Positions 39,567 to 48,463 of a stretch of 64,000 nucleotides of DNA are shown piece after piece. The first letter of the stretch is position 1. The number at the start of each line of letters is the position of its first letter. This stretch comes from Chloroflexota bacterium (GTDB lineage Bacteria > Chloroflexota > Limnocylindria > Limnocylindrales > CSP1-4): the NCBI GenBank assembly GCA_021787395.1, contig JAJYLZ010000011.1, forward strand, positions 2,196 through 66,195. The letters run 5' to 3'. Position numbers and translations under genes: made by a program. Under the pieces are notes generated by a model. That model was given only the letters and a program-made list of their open reading frames with translations. It did no database searches and was not told the origin of the DNA.

Positions 39567-40508
39567 GTGGCCGTCCGGCACGCCCGCCCCGCCGCCCCGC
39601 CCGCGGCGCCCGGCACGGCCGAGGCCGACTTCCACACCCACACGACCCGATCGGACGGGGTGCTCGAGCCCGAGGAGCTCGCCCGCCAGGCGCGGGCCGC
39701 GGGCGTGCGCATCCTCGGCGTCGCCGACCACGACAACCTCGCCGGGTACCGGGAGCTGACGGCGGCGGGCGCCGGGCCGCTGCCGGACGGCCTCCGGCTG
39801 GTCCCCGCCGTGGAGATCAACTCCGTGGCGGCGCGGTTCGCCGCCGGCCTGCCCGAGGGCGAGCTCCACATGCTGGGGATCGGCGTGGACCCCGACGACG
39901 AGGCGTTCGAGGCCGCCCTCGCCGACCAGCGCGGCGCCCGGCGGATCCGGTTCTTCAAGATGGTGGACCGCCTCCGGGACCTCGGCCTGGCCGTCGACGC
40001 CCAGGTGGCGATGCTCGACCTGTCCGCCGACGACGCCCTCGGGCGCCCGACCGTCGCCCGCGCCCTGGTCGCGGCCGGCCACGCGCTCGACGTGGAGGAC
40101 GCGTTCGCCCGCCTCATCGGCCACGGGTGCCCGGGCTACGTCCCGCGCGGCGGCCTCGACCCGATCGCCGCCATCCGGGCCATCCGCGACACGGGCGGCC
40201 TCGCGTCCCTCGCGCACTTCCCGGAGGCGCCGGACCGCGAGCCGCTCCTCCGCGAGCTCATGGACGCAGGCCTGAGCGGCCTGGAGACCCACCACCGCTC
40301 CTTCGACGCGCCCACGCGGTCGGCGATGTCGGCCACGGCGCGCCGCCTGGGCCTCGTGGAGACGGGCGGCTCCGACTACCACGGGGACCACGGGCCGTAC
40401 GCGGACACCCACGCCGCGCTGGTCATGCCCGACTGGCTGGTCGACGGCGTCATGGCGCGCCTCGGCGGCGGCCCGGGCCCCGGGCAGACGGTCGCCGGCC
40501 GGCCCTGA
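39567..40508 (+). CDS. PHP-domain phosphoesterase (TrpH/YciV-like)
   Basis: DFHTHTTRSDG, GVADHDN, GLASLAHF and GGSDYHG motifs. Confidence 0.8.
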   Translation: MAVRHARPAAPPAAPGTAEADFHTHTTRSDGVLEPEELARQARAAGVRILGVADHDNLAGYRELTAAGAGPLPDGLRLVPAVEINSVAARFAAGLPEGELHMLGIGVDPDDEAFEAALADQRGARRIRFFKMVDRLRDLGLAVDAQVAMLDLSADDALGRPTVARALVAAGHALDVEDAFARLIGHGCPGYVPRGGLDPIAAIRAIRDTGGLASLAHFPEAPDREPLLRELMDAGLSGLETHHRSFDAPTRSAMSATARRLGLVETGGSDYHGDHGPYADTHAALVMPDWLVDGVMARLGGGPGPGQTVAGRP

Positions 40509-40567
40509 CCGGGGCCGAGCCCGCCGCGCGCCGGCGCCCGGCGCAGACTCGCTACCATGCACCGGTC

Positions 40568-42220
40568 ATGACGCCCCGGTCGCTGCCCGTCCTCGACTTC
40601 ACCCCGCCCACCGCGGGCCCCGCCGGCCCGCGCACGCCGCCCGACCCGGCCGACGGCCGGCTGGACGAGTTCCGGCCCGAGCCTCGGGCGCTGCCGTCGT
40701 TCTTCGTCTGGACGCTGGGCTGCCAGATGAACCGAAGCGACTCCGAGGAGATGGCGGGCCGCCTGCTCGCGGCCGGCTGCGCGGAGGCGCCCTCGATGGA
40801 GTCGGCCGGCCTGATCGTGATCAACACCTGCGCCATCCGCGAGGCTGCCGAGGCCAAGGTCATCGGCCGCCAGGGGCACCTGCGCCGGCTCAAGGACGCC
40901 AACCCCGCCCTGCGCGTGGTCCTCACCGGCTGCAGCGTCCGCGAATCGAACCGCGCCGGGCTGGCGCGCCGCTACCCGGCGGTCGACCTGTTCCTGCGCC
41001 CGGACGAGGAGCCGGAGTTGGTGGACCGGCTCGGCCTCGCCTCCGCGCAGGCGCCGGTCGGCGCCGTCGCCGCGACCGCCGCCACGACGCTCGTGAAGGG
41101 CGACCCGGTCTCCGACGCGACCCACCTGGTCCGGGCCCGCGCCGACGCCGTGGCCGGCGGCGCCGTGAGCCGCGGCTCCGCCATCAGCGCCTGGCTGCCG
41201 ATCATCTACGGCTGCGACAAGACGTGCACCTACTGCATCGTGCCGTTCAGCCGCGGGCCGGAGCGGAGCCGGCCGTTCGACGAGATCGTGGACGAGGCGC
41301 GGGCGCTGGCGGCCGCCGGCTACCGCGAGGTCACGCTGCTGGGCCAGAACGTCAACTCCTACGGCCACGACCTCGCCCCGGAGGAGCGCTTCGGCCACAT
41401 CGACACCGAGCGGACTGTCGGCCGGCGCCAGGACCGCACGGCGCGGCCGGACCTGGCCGAGCTCATCCGCGCGATCGACGCCGTCCGCGCCGACGACGGC
41501 GGCCCGGCGATCCCGCGCCTGCGCTTCGTGACCTCGCACCCGTGGGACCTCTCGGACCGCCTCGTCGAGGCCATGCGCGACTGCCCCTCGGTGTGCGAGG
41601 CGCTCCACCTGCCGGTCCAGTCCGGCAGCGACACGATGCTCCGGCGCATGGGCCGCCAGTACACCGTCGCCCACTACCGCGAGCGCCTGGAGCGGATCCG
41701 CGAGGCGGTGCCGGGGATCTCGCTCTCGACCGACGTGATCGTCGGGTTCTGCGGCGAGACCGAGGCCGAGTACGCGGCGACCCTCGAGCTGCTCCGGGCC
41801 GTCCGCTTCGACCAGGTGTTCGCCGCCGCCTACAGCGAGCGCCCGGGCACGCCCGCGACGAGGCTCGCAGACGACGTCCCGCCGGCCGAGAAGCGGCGGC
41901 GACTGGTGGAGCTGCTCGCGGTGCAGGAGGCGATCGGGCTCGACCGCAACCGCGCCTGGCTCGGCCGCACCGCCGAGGTGCTCGTCGACGCCGTCGTGCC
42001 GCCCCGGGCCCACGACCACGACGACGAGGAGGAGGCCGCCGGCACCGCTACCGCCCGCGACGCCTTCCGCGACCTGCCCGAGGGCACGGTCCACCTGGTC
42101 GGCCGTTCGCGCGAGAACAAGCTCGTCCACCTCGCCGGCGCGCCGTCGCTGCTGGGCCGGCTCGTGGACGTCGTCGTGGAGCACGCGGGGCCCTACGCCC
42201 TGCGCGGGAGGCTCGCCTGA
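40568..42220 (+). CDS. miaB: tRNA-2-methylthio-N6-dimethylallyladenosine synthase
   Basis: FVWTLGCQMN, INTCAIRE, radical SAM CDKTCTYCIVP and a C-terminal TRAM domain. The ORF track fuses it into a 1685-aa out-of-context frame; ATG 40568 is chosen. Confidence 0.9.
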   Translation: MTPRSLPVLDFTPPTAGPAGPRTPPDPADGRLDEFRPEPRALPSFFVWTLGCQMNRSDSEEMAGRLLAAGCAEAPSMESAGLIVINTCAIREAAEAKVIGRQGHLRRLKDANPALRVVLTGCSVRESNRAGLARRYPAVDLFLRPDEEPELVDRLGLASAQAPVGAVAATAATTLVKGDPVSDATHLVRARADAVAGGAVSRGSAISAWLPIIYGCDKTCTYCIVPFSRGPERSRPFDEIVDEARALAAAGYREVTLLGQNVNSYGHDLAPEERFGHIDTERTVGRRQDRTARPDLAELIRAIDAVRADDGGPAIPRLRFVTSHPWDLSDRLVEAMRDCPSVCEALHLPVQSGSDTMLRRMGRQYTVAHYRERLERIREAVPGISLSTDVIVGFCGETEAEYAATLELLRAVRFDQVFAAAYSERPGTPATRLADDVPPAEKRRRLVELLAVQEAIGLDRNRAWLGRTAEVLVDAVVPPRAHDHDDEEEAAGTATARDAFRDLPEGTVHLVGRSRENKLVHLAGAPSLLGRLVDVVVEHAGPYALRGRLA

Positions 42221-43170
42221 GCGCGACGGGGCCGGCGTCCCTCGCGCCCCTGGTCGTCCTCGGCGGGCCCACCGCCACCGGCAAGACCGGGCTCGCCGTC
42301 GCGCTCGCGGAGCGGCTGCTCGACCGGGGCGTGCCGGCGGAGGTGGTCTCGGCCGACTCGCGCCAGGTGTACCGGGGCCTCGACATCGGCACCGCCAAGG
42401 CGACGCCCGAGGAGCGCGGGCGCGTCGTCCACCACGGCCTCGACCTCGTGGACCCCGACCAGCCGTACTCGGTGGCGGACTTCCGCGCCCACGCGCTGGG
42501 CGCGCTGGCGTCGCTCGGGGAACGGGGAGGGGTCGGCATCCTCGCTGGCGGGACCGGGTTCTGGCTGCGCGCCGTCGCGGCCGGCATCGACACCGACGCG
42601 CTGCCGTCGGACGGCGCGGTCCGGGCGGGCCTCGAGGCCGACCTCGGCCGGCTCGGCGTCGCGGCGCTCGCCGCCCGGCTCGGGGCCCTCGCTCCGGCCC
42701 TCGCCGCCCGCACCGACCTGCGCAACCCGCGGCGCGTCGTGCGGGCGCTCGAGATCGCGGAGCTGCAGGGCGATGCGCCGCTGCCCGCCCCGGTGGGCTA
42801 CCCGGCGCCGGTGCTCGGCCTCCAGCTCCGCGTCGAGCCCGGCGAGCACCGGCGGCGGATCCACGCCCGCGCCCGGGCCCAGTTCGACGCCGGCCTGGTG
42901 GACGAGGCGCGGGCCCTGCGCGAGCGCTGGGACCCGGCCCTCCCGTGCTTCACCGCGATCGGCTACCGGGAGAGCTGGGCGTACCTCGACGGCGCCTGCT
43001 CGCTCGAGGAGGCCGTCGCGCTCGACGCCCGGCGCAACGTCGCGTTCGCGAGGCGCCAGCAGACGTGGTTCCGCGCCGAGCGCACGCTCGAGGTCGTCGA
43101 CGCGACCCGAGACCCGCTGGCCGCGGCGTGGGCACGGCTCGACGCCTTCTCCCGGACGGCACGGCGCTGA
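42217..43170 (+). CDS. miaA: tRNA dimethylallyltransferase; the only plausible start is CTG
   Basis: VVLGGPTATGKTGLAVALA P-loop, SADSRQVYRGLDIGTAK and RR..RALE motifs. There is no ATG, GTG or TTG in frame between far upstream and the P-loop. CTG 42217 lies 5 nt after GGGAGG and overlaps the miaB stop (CTGA). Confidence 0.85.
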   Translation: MSATGPASLAPLVVLGGPTATGKTGLAVALAERLLDRGVPAEVVSADSRQVYRGLDIGTAKATPEERGRVVHHGLDLVDPDQPYSVADFRAHALGALASLGERGGVGILAGGTGFWLRAVAAGIDTDALPSDGAVRAGLEADLGRLGVAALAARLGALAPALAARTDLRNPRRVVRALEIAELQGDAPLPAPVGYPAPVLGLQLRVEPGEHRRRIHARARAQFDAGLVDEARALRERWDPALPCFTAIGYRESWAYLDGACSLEEAVALDARRNVAFARRQQTWFRAERTLEVVDATRDPLAAAWARLDAFSRTARR

Positions 43171-43249
43171 GCGGGGTCGCGGCAGCGGCGGCGGCGACCC
43201 GCCGAGCGCCGGCAGAGGGCCCGCGGGCGACCGGATATCCTTGCCCGCG

Positions 43250-44566
43250 ATGAGCCAGCGCGACGCGATCGACCTCGCACCCCCGGTCGAGAGGGCATTC
43301 CTCGTCGCCGTGGACACCGGCGACGACCCCGGCTGGACGGCCGAGGACAGCCTCAACGAGCTGGCCGCCCTGGCGGCCACGGCGGGCGCCGACGTCGTGG
43401 GCGCGGAGTGGCAGAACCGCCGCCACGTGGACCCCAACTGGTACGTGGGCAAGGGCAAGGCCGAGGAGCTGCTCCAGGCCAAGAGCGAGACCGGCTTCGA
43501 CATCCTGGTCGCCGACGACGAGCTGAGCCCGGTCCAGCAGAAGAGCCTGGAGTCGTTGCTCAACGTCAAGGTCATCGACCGCAGCCGGCTGATCCTCGAC
43601 ATCTTCGCCCTGCACGCCCAGACCCACGAGGGGCGGCTCCAGGTGGAGCTCGCCCAGCTCGAGTACCAGCTGCCGCGGCTGACCCGCCTCTGGACGCACC
43701 TCTCGCGCACGGGCGGCGGCATCGGCACCCGGGGGCCCGGCGAGTCCCAGCTCGAGACGGACCGCCGGCTCATCCGCGAGCGGATCAAGAAGATGAAGGA
43801 GCGGGTCGAGGACGTCCGCCGCCAGCGCCAGACCGCCGCCCGAGGCCGAGACCGGCGCCTGTACCCGACGGTCGCGATCGTCGGCTACACGAACGCCGGC
43901 AAGTCCACGCTCCTCAACGCCCTGGTCGGCAGCGAGGTGGCCCGGGCCGAGGACAAGCTGTTCGCGACGCTCGACCCCACGTCCCGCCAGGTCAAGCTGG
44001 GCGACGGCCAGGTCGTGATCGTCACCGACACGGTGGGGTTCATCCACAAGCTGCCGCACCAGCTGGTCGACGCGTTCCGCGCCACCCTCGAGGAGGTCAC
44101 CCGCGCCGACGTCCTGCTCGAGGTGGTGGACGCCGCGGACGACCACGCGCCCGAGCACCGCACGACCGTCCAGTCCGTGCTCGACGAGCTGGGGGCGGGC
44201 GACAAGCCGCGCCTCACCGCGTTCAACAAGGCGGACCTCCTGTACCCGGGCAGCGACGGCTCGCGACCCGCGCCGGCCGTGTCGGGCAGCGTGCTCGTGT
44301 CGGCCGCCACGGGCTTCGGGCTCGAGACCCTGCGCGGCGAGATCGCCGCCCTCCTCGCGTCGCTCTGGGAGGACGTGGACGTCGCCGTCCCGTACGCGGC
44401 CGGGGAGCTCCTGGCGCGGGTGCGCGAGCGGGGCACGGTGGACCTCGAGTACGGCGAGCGCGACGTGCGGGTGGTCGGCCGGATGGCCCCGGGCCTCGCC
44501 GGCGAGCTCCGGGCGGTCGCCGCGCGCTGGGCGGAGTCGCTCGCAGAGGGGAGCGCCGCCAGCTGA
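43250..44566 (+). CDS. hflX: GTPase HflX
   Basis: N-terminal HflX domain (DRSRLILDIFALHAQTHEGRLQVELAQLEY), then GYTNAGKST, DTVGF and NKAD. Confidence 0.9.
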   Translation: MSQRDAIDLAPPVERAFLVAVDTGDDPGWTAEDSLNELAALAATAGADVVGAEWQNRRHVDPNWYVGKGKAEELLQAKSETGFDILVADDELSPVQQKSLESLLNVKVIDRSRLILDIFALHAQTHEGRLQVELAQLEYQLPRLTRLWTHLSRTGGGIGTRGPGESQLETDRRLIRERIKKMKERVEDVRRQRQTAARGRDRRLYPTVAIVGYTNAGKSTLLNALVGSEVARAEDKLFATLDPTSRQVKLGDGQVVIVTDTVGFIHKLPHQLVDAFRATLEEVTRADVLLEVVDAADDHAPEHRTTVQSVLDELGAGDKPRLTAFNKADLLYPGSDGSRPAPAVSGSVLVSAATGFGLETLRGEIAALLASLWEDVDVAVPYAAGELLARVRERGTVDLEYGERDVRVVGRMAPGLAGELRAVAARWAESLAEGSAAS

Positions 44567-44697
44567 GCGCCGCCGCCAAGCCGGTCCGGCGCGGGGGCAC
44601 CGCCAGCCTGCCCGGGGGCCGCCACCTGGTCTGGACGGTGGCCGCGGGCGGCAGGGGCCGCCGCTGGCGCGCGGTGACCACCCACGGCGACGGCCGG

Positions 44698-45144
44698 ATG
44701 GAGTCGTCGCTGCTGCTCGAAGTGTCACCCCAGGGCCGGCTGCTCAAGCTCGAGCTGGCCACGGGCGAGGGCCTGCTGACGCTCCACCCCGACGGCGACC
44801 CGGTCAGGCTCCACGGGAACGTGGTGCGCGCGGCCGGCGTCGAGCACCTCGCGCTGTCCTGGTCCGAGGGCCATGTGCTGCTGGCCGGCGCGTCGCCGGT
44901 GACCGCGGCCGTCGCAGTCGAGGGCCCGGCCCGGCGGATCGGGGTGGGGGAGGGGACCAACCTGCCGGCGGTTGCGGTGGGGATCGACCTCCGGCCGCGG
45001 CCGGCGACCCTGCACGTCGCCCGCACCGCGGAGCGGCGCTGGCGGCTCCTCGTCGCCGACGGGCCCCCGTCGCTGCTGCTCGAGACCGACGCCGACGGCC
45101 TGCCGACCGCAGCCGACGGGCTGGCCTGGCCGCTGGAGGCGTAG
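44698..45144 (+). CDS. Hypothetical protein (start uncertain; may begin at CTG 44563 or GTG 44638)
   Basis: Open frame directly following hflX, with GC3-rich codons. I recognise no motif. Confidence 0.35.
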   Translation: MESSLLLEVSPQGRLLKLELATGEGLLTLHPDGDPVRLHGNVVRAAGVEHLALSWSEGHVLLAGASPVTAAVAVEGPARRIGVGEGTNLPAVAVGIDLRPRPATLHVARTAERRWRLLVADGPPSLLLETDADGLPTAADGLAWPLEA

Positions 45145-45225
45145 TCCCGCCCTGCGCCGCGCGCGGCGGCCCACGGTGCCCCGCGGATGACTGCACCGCG
45201 CCACGGCCCGGAACACTCGGACCGG

Positions 45226-45253
45226 TTGACATGCGCCGTCTGACATCTACGCT
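45226..45253 (+). promoter_or_regulatory. Near-consensus sigma70-type promoter (TTGACA-N16-TACGCT) of the 45.3-kb cassette
   Basis: TTGACA at 45226-45231 and TACGCT at 45248-45253. TGACAT is repeated at 45227 and 45241. It lies about 47 nt upstream of an SD (GGAGGGG) and ATG 45300. Confidence 0.45.
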
Positions 45254-45299
45254 GGTGCACGTTCGTTAGGGGCCGATCGGCACGGTGGAGGGGTGACCT

Positions 45300-46217
45300 A
45301 TGGACCATGATGAGGCGGGCATGGGCGGCATGGGCGAAATGCCCGGCATGGGCAGCGGCGAGCCCGGCGGGTCCGGGATGCACGACATGCCCGGCATGGC
45401 CGACATGCAGATGGGCCCCGGGCCCAACGCCGACCCGGACCAGCACGCGTTCGTCATGCTGGGGACCGAGACCATGTTCCTGTGGCACCTCCCGATGCTC
45501 CGCGTGGACATGGACATGCACAAGTACGAGTTCGTCCTCAAGGCGCATCTCGACCCCGCCGCCAAGCGGGCATGGCTCGAGGACCGGTCGCGCCACGGCG
45601 GCGAGGTCTACTTCCTGGGCAACTCCGACAAGGACCTGATGACGATCGCGAGCCTCGCGATCGGGGCGAAGACGTCCTTCCAGGCGTCGGTCTGGGCCGG
45701 CATCCCGCCCAAGCACCGCTACTGCTCGTGGCCCTGGGAGCACCAGGAGCCGATCGTCGAGGCCGCGACGGTCACCATCGAGCGCGTGGTGGCCTACCGC
45801 CACTTCGACGTCCAGGAGAACTACCCGGCCTGCCCGTCGTACCTGCTGTTCGGCGAGGGGAACGAGGCGTACCTGGCCCACCGCCTGACACGCCAGCCCG
45901 ACTACGACGAGGTCGTGATCCTCCACGGGCGGCCGAGCTGGCTGCCCGAGGAGCTGCTCCAGGCGGGCGTGCCGGTGAGCTTCCCCGGGCTGGCGGCGAC
46001 GCCGACGCCCTGCTCCACCCAGCTCCTCAACAAGGTGTACACGGTCGAGTACGGCGGCGAGCCGGGCGCGGCCTACCCGGTGACGATCAAGCAGAACCTC
46101 TGGTTCAACACCAAGATCCCCAACGACGTCGATCCGTGCGAGCCCGACGAGGGCCCGTGCCCGCCCCCGCCGAGCTCCGCGCCGGCCACGGCCTCCGCCG
46201 CGGGTTCCCACAGGTGA
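45300..46217 (+). CDS. Hypothetical protein with a Met/His-rich N-terminus and no domain I recognise
   Basis: 305 aa with good SD spacing. The N-terminus is MDHDEAGMGGMGEMPGMGSGEPGGSGMHDMPGMADMQMG, followed by HAFVMLGTETMFLWHLPMLRVDMDMHKYEFVL... and six Cys. There is no signal peptide or TM helix. The stop overlaps the next gene's start (GTGA). Confidence 0.7.
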   Translation: MDHDEAGMGGMGEMPGMGSGEPGGSGMHDMPGMADMQMGPGPNADPDQHAFVMLGTETMFLWHLPMLRVDMDMHKYEFVLKAHLDPAAKRAWLEDRSRHGGEVYFLGNSDKDLMTIASLAIGAKTSFQASVWAGIPPKHRYCSWPWEHQEPIVEAATVTIERVVAYRHFDVQENYPACPSYLLFGEGNEAYLAHRLTRQPDYDEVVILHGRPSWLPEELLQAGVPVSFPGLAATPTPCSTQLLNKVYTVEYGGEPGAAYPVTIKQNLWFNTKIPNDVDPCEPDEGPCPPPPSSAPATASAAGSHR

Positions 46218-48463
46218 CCGCCGGGCACCCGGTCGAACACCTCCTCGCGTCCTTCGAGCGGCGCTACCGGCAGGACGACACGCTCCGCCTCGAGCAGGCA
46301 GGGTCGGATTCACTGGGCTCCTGGTTCCTGGGGCCGAAGGGCGAGAACGCGGACCTCTTCAGGCAGCTGGCCATCAGGGCCATCGACGCCCACCTCACGG
46401 ACCGCCGCGAGTTCCGCCGCGACGATCCGCCCTGGGTGACCCGCGAGGTCAAGGACAGCGCGGCCTACAAGGCCGGCGTCTCGCTGCTCGAGTCGGAGCT
46501 CGACCGCCTGCTCGCTCGGCTGCACGGCTCGGTGCCCTTCTACAGCTACCGCTACCAGGGCCACATGCTCTGGGACGTCACCCTGCCCTCGCTGCTGGGG
46601 TACCTGGCGGCGCTCCTCTACAACCAGAACAACGTGGCGGCCGAGGCGTCGCCGGTCACCACCCTGCTCGAGATGGAGGTGGGGCGCGACCTGTGCCGGA
46701 TGCTGGGGTACGCGGTGCCGCCGCTGTCCGAGGTCGACGCTCCGCCCGCGCCGGGCGGACCGGCCATCCCCTGGGGCCACATCACCGCGGACGGGAGCCT
46801 CGCCAACATCGAGTCGATATGGGCGATGCGCAACGCCCGGTACTACCCGGTGGCGCTGGCCGCCGCCGTCGCGGCGGAGTCGTCGCTCGCGGCCGCGAGG
46901 GGCGTCGAGGTGGCACTGCCCCAGGGCGGCACGAGGCGGCTCCTCGACCTCGACGCCTGGGGCCAGCTGAACCTGAGCCTCGACGAGACCGTCGCGCTGC
47001 CCGGTCGCATCGCGGCGGCAGCCGGGATCGGCGCGGACGCGCTCGCCGCGATCATCGGGGGCTACTCGCTCCAGGGCCTGGGCATGGCCGAGTTCGCGAG
47101 CCGGCACCTGCCGGGCGTGCCCGGCGGCGTCGTGATCGGGCCCGGGACGATGCACTACTCGTGGCCGAAGGGGGCGACCCTGCTCGGGATCGGGGCCGCC
47201 AACCTCATCCCCGTCCCGGTCGACCTCGACGCCCGCCAGCGCGTCGACGCGCTGCGCGAGCAGCTGGACCGGTGCCGCACGGCCAGGCGGCCCGTGATCC
47301 AGGTCGTCGCGGTCATGGGGACGACCGAGGAGAGCGCAATCGACCCCCTCGAGGACATCCTCGCCGCCCGCGAGGACTGCCGCCGGGCGGGCATGGACTT
47401 CCCGGTGACCGTCGACGCGGCGTGGGGCGGCTACTTCGCCTCGCTCCTGCGCACGTCGGGCACCGCACCCGTGGACGGCGACCCGCGGGACGTGCGCCAG
47501 TACACGCCGGAGCTCGCCATGAGCGGCTACGTCGAGCGCCAGTACCGGGTGCTCGGCAACGCCGACGCCATCACCATCGACCCCCACAAGGCGGGCTACA
47601 TCCCGTACCCGGCGGGCGGGCTCTGCTACCGCAACGCCGACGTCCGCAACCTCGTGTCGCTCAAGGCGCCCGTCGTGTACCACGACGGGGTCGACCCCAC
47701 CGTGGGCGTCTACGGGATCGAGGGCTCGAAGCCGGGCGCGGCGGCCGCCGCCACCTACCTGAGCCACCGGGTGATCAGCACCGACCAGACCGGCTACGGC
47801 AAGATCCTGGGCAAGTCCCTGTTCAACAGCAAGCGGCTGTACTCGGCGATCGTCACCATGGCCGCGGACGCCGATCCGTTCATCGTGGTGCCGCTGCAGC
47901 GGATCCCCGCCGAGCGGATGGGCGAGTCGCCGGCGCGGATCCGCGCCCAGCTCGACCGGATCCGGACCGACGTCGTCGAGCGGACCAACGACGAGCTGCT
48001 GGCCGACCGGAGCGTGATGGGCCTGTTCCGCGAACTCGGCTCCGACCTCAACATCGTGGCCTACGCCTTCAACTTCAAGTCGGCCGGCGAGGTCAACCGC
48101 GCGCTGGACAAGGCGAACGCGCTCAACAACGCGGTCTTCACGCAGCTCAGCCTCCAGGCCGACCCCGGCCGGATCCCTGCCACGCCGATGTTCGTGACGT
48201 CGTCCCAGTTCGATCCGGCCAGCTACGGGCACGAGCTCGTCGACGACTTCAAGCGGCGCCTGGGCGTGGTCGGCGACGCCGACGCGCCGGTGCAGTTCGT
48301 CATCTCGACCACCATGGACCCCTGGCTGACCGACACGGCCGGGGGCAGCTTCATCCCGACCCTGATCGCGGCGCTGCGGAGCGCCGTGCTCAAGGCGCTT
48401 CCAGCCGTCCAGGCGCCGTCCCCTGACGCCCCAGCCAGCGCGACCAGAAAGGGCCGACCGTGA
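46214..48463 (+). CDS. Large (749 aa) group II pyridoxal-dependent decarboxylase-like protein
   Basis: LLYNQNNVAAEASPVTT.LE, HITADGSLANI, VMGTTEE.AIDP, TVDAAWGGY and DPHKAGYIPYPAG (PLP-lysine motif). It is much longer than typical ~480-aa family members because of an N-terminal region and internal insertions. Confidence 0.85.
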   Translation: MTAGHPVEHLLASFERRYRQDDTLRLEQAGSDSLGSWFLGPKGENADLFRQLAIRAIDAHLTDRREFRRDDPPWVTREVKDSAAYKAGVSLLESELDRLLARLHGSVPFYSYRYQGHMLWDVTLPSLLGYLAALLYNQNNVAAEASPVTTLLEMEVGRDLCRMLGYAVPPLSEVDAPPAPGGPAIPWGHITADGSLANIESIWAMRNARYYPVALAAAVAAESSLAAARGVEVALPQGGTRRLLDLDAWGQLNLSLDETVALPGRIAAAAGIGADALAAIIGGYSLQGLGMAEFASRHLPGVPGGVVIGPGTMHYSWPKGATLLGIGAANLIPVPVDLDARQRVDALREQLDRCRTARRPVIQVVAVMGTTEESAIDPLEDILAAREDCRRAGMDFPVTVDAAWGGYFASLLRTSGTAPVDGDPRDVRQYTPELAMSGYVERQYRVLGNADAITIDPHKAGYIPYPAGGLCYRNADVRNLVSLKAPVVYHDGVDPTVGVYGIEGSKPGAAAAATYLSHRVISTDQTGYGKILGKSLFNSKRLYSAIVTMAADADPFIVVPLQRIPAERMGESPARIRAQLDRIRTDVVERTNDELLADRSVMGLFRELGSDLNIVAYAFNFKSAGEVNRALDKANALNNAVFTQLSLQADPGRIPATPMFVTSSQFDPASYGHELVDDFKRRLGVVGDADAPVQFVISTTMDPWLTDTAGGSFIPTLIAALRSAVLKALPAVQAPSPDAPASATRKGRP

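Noticed and set aside
43171-43249. Missing hfq between miaA and hflX
   Set aside because: The 79-nt gap cannot encode Hfq. Absence here is uninformative because hfq can be elsewhere or truly absent in this lineage.
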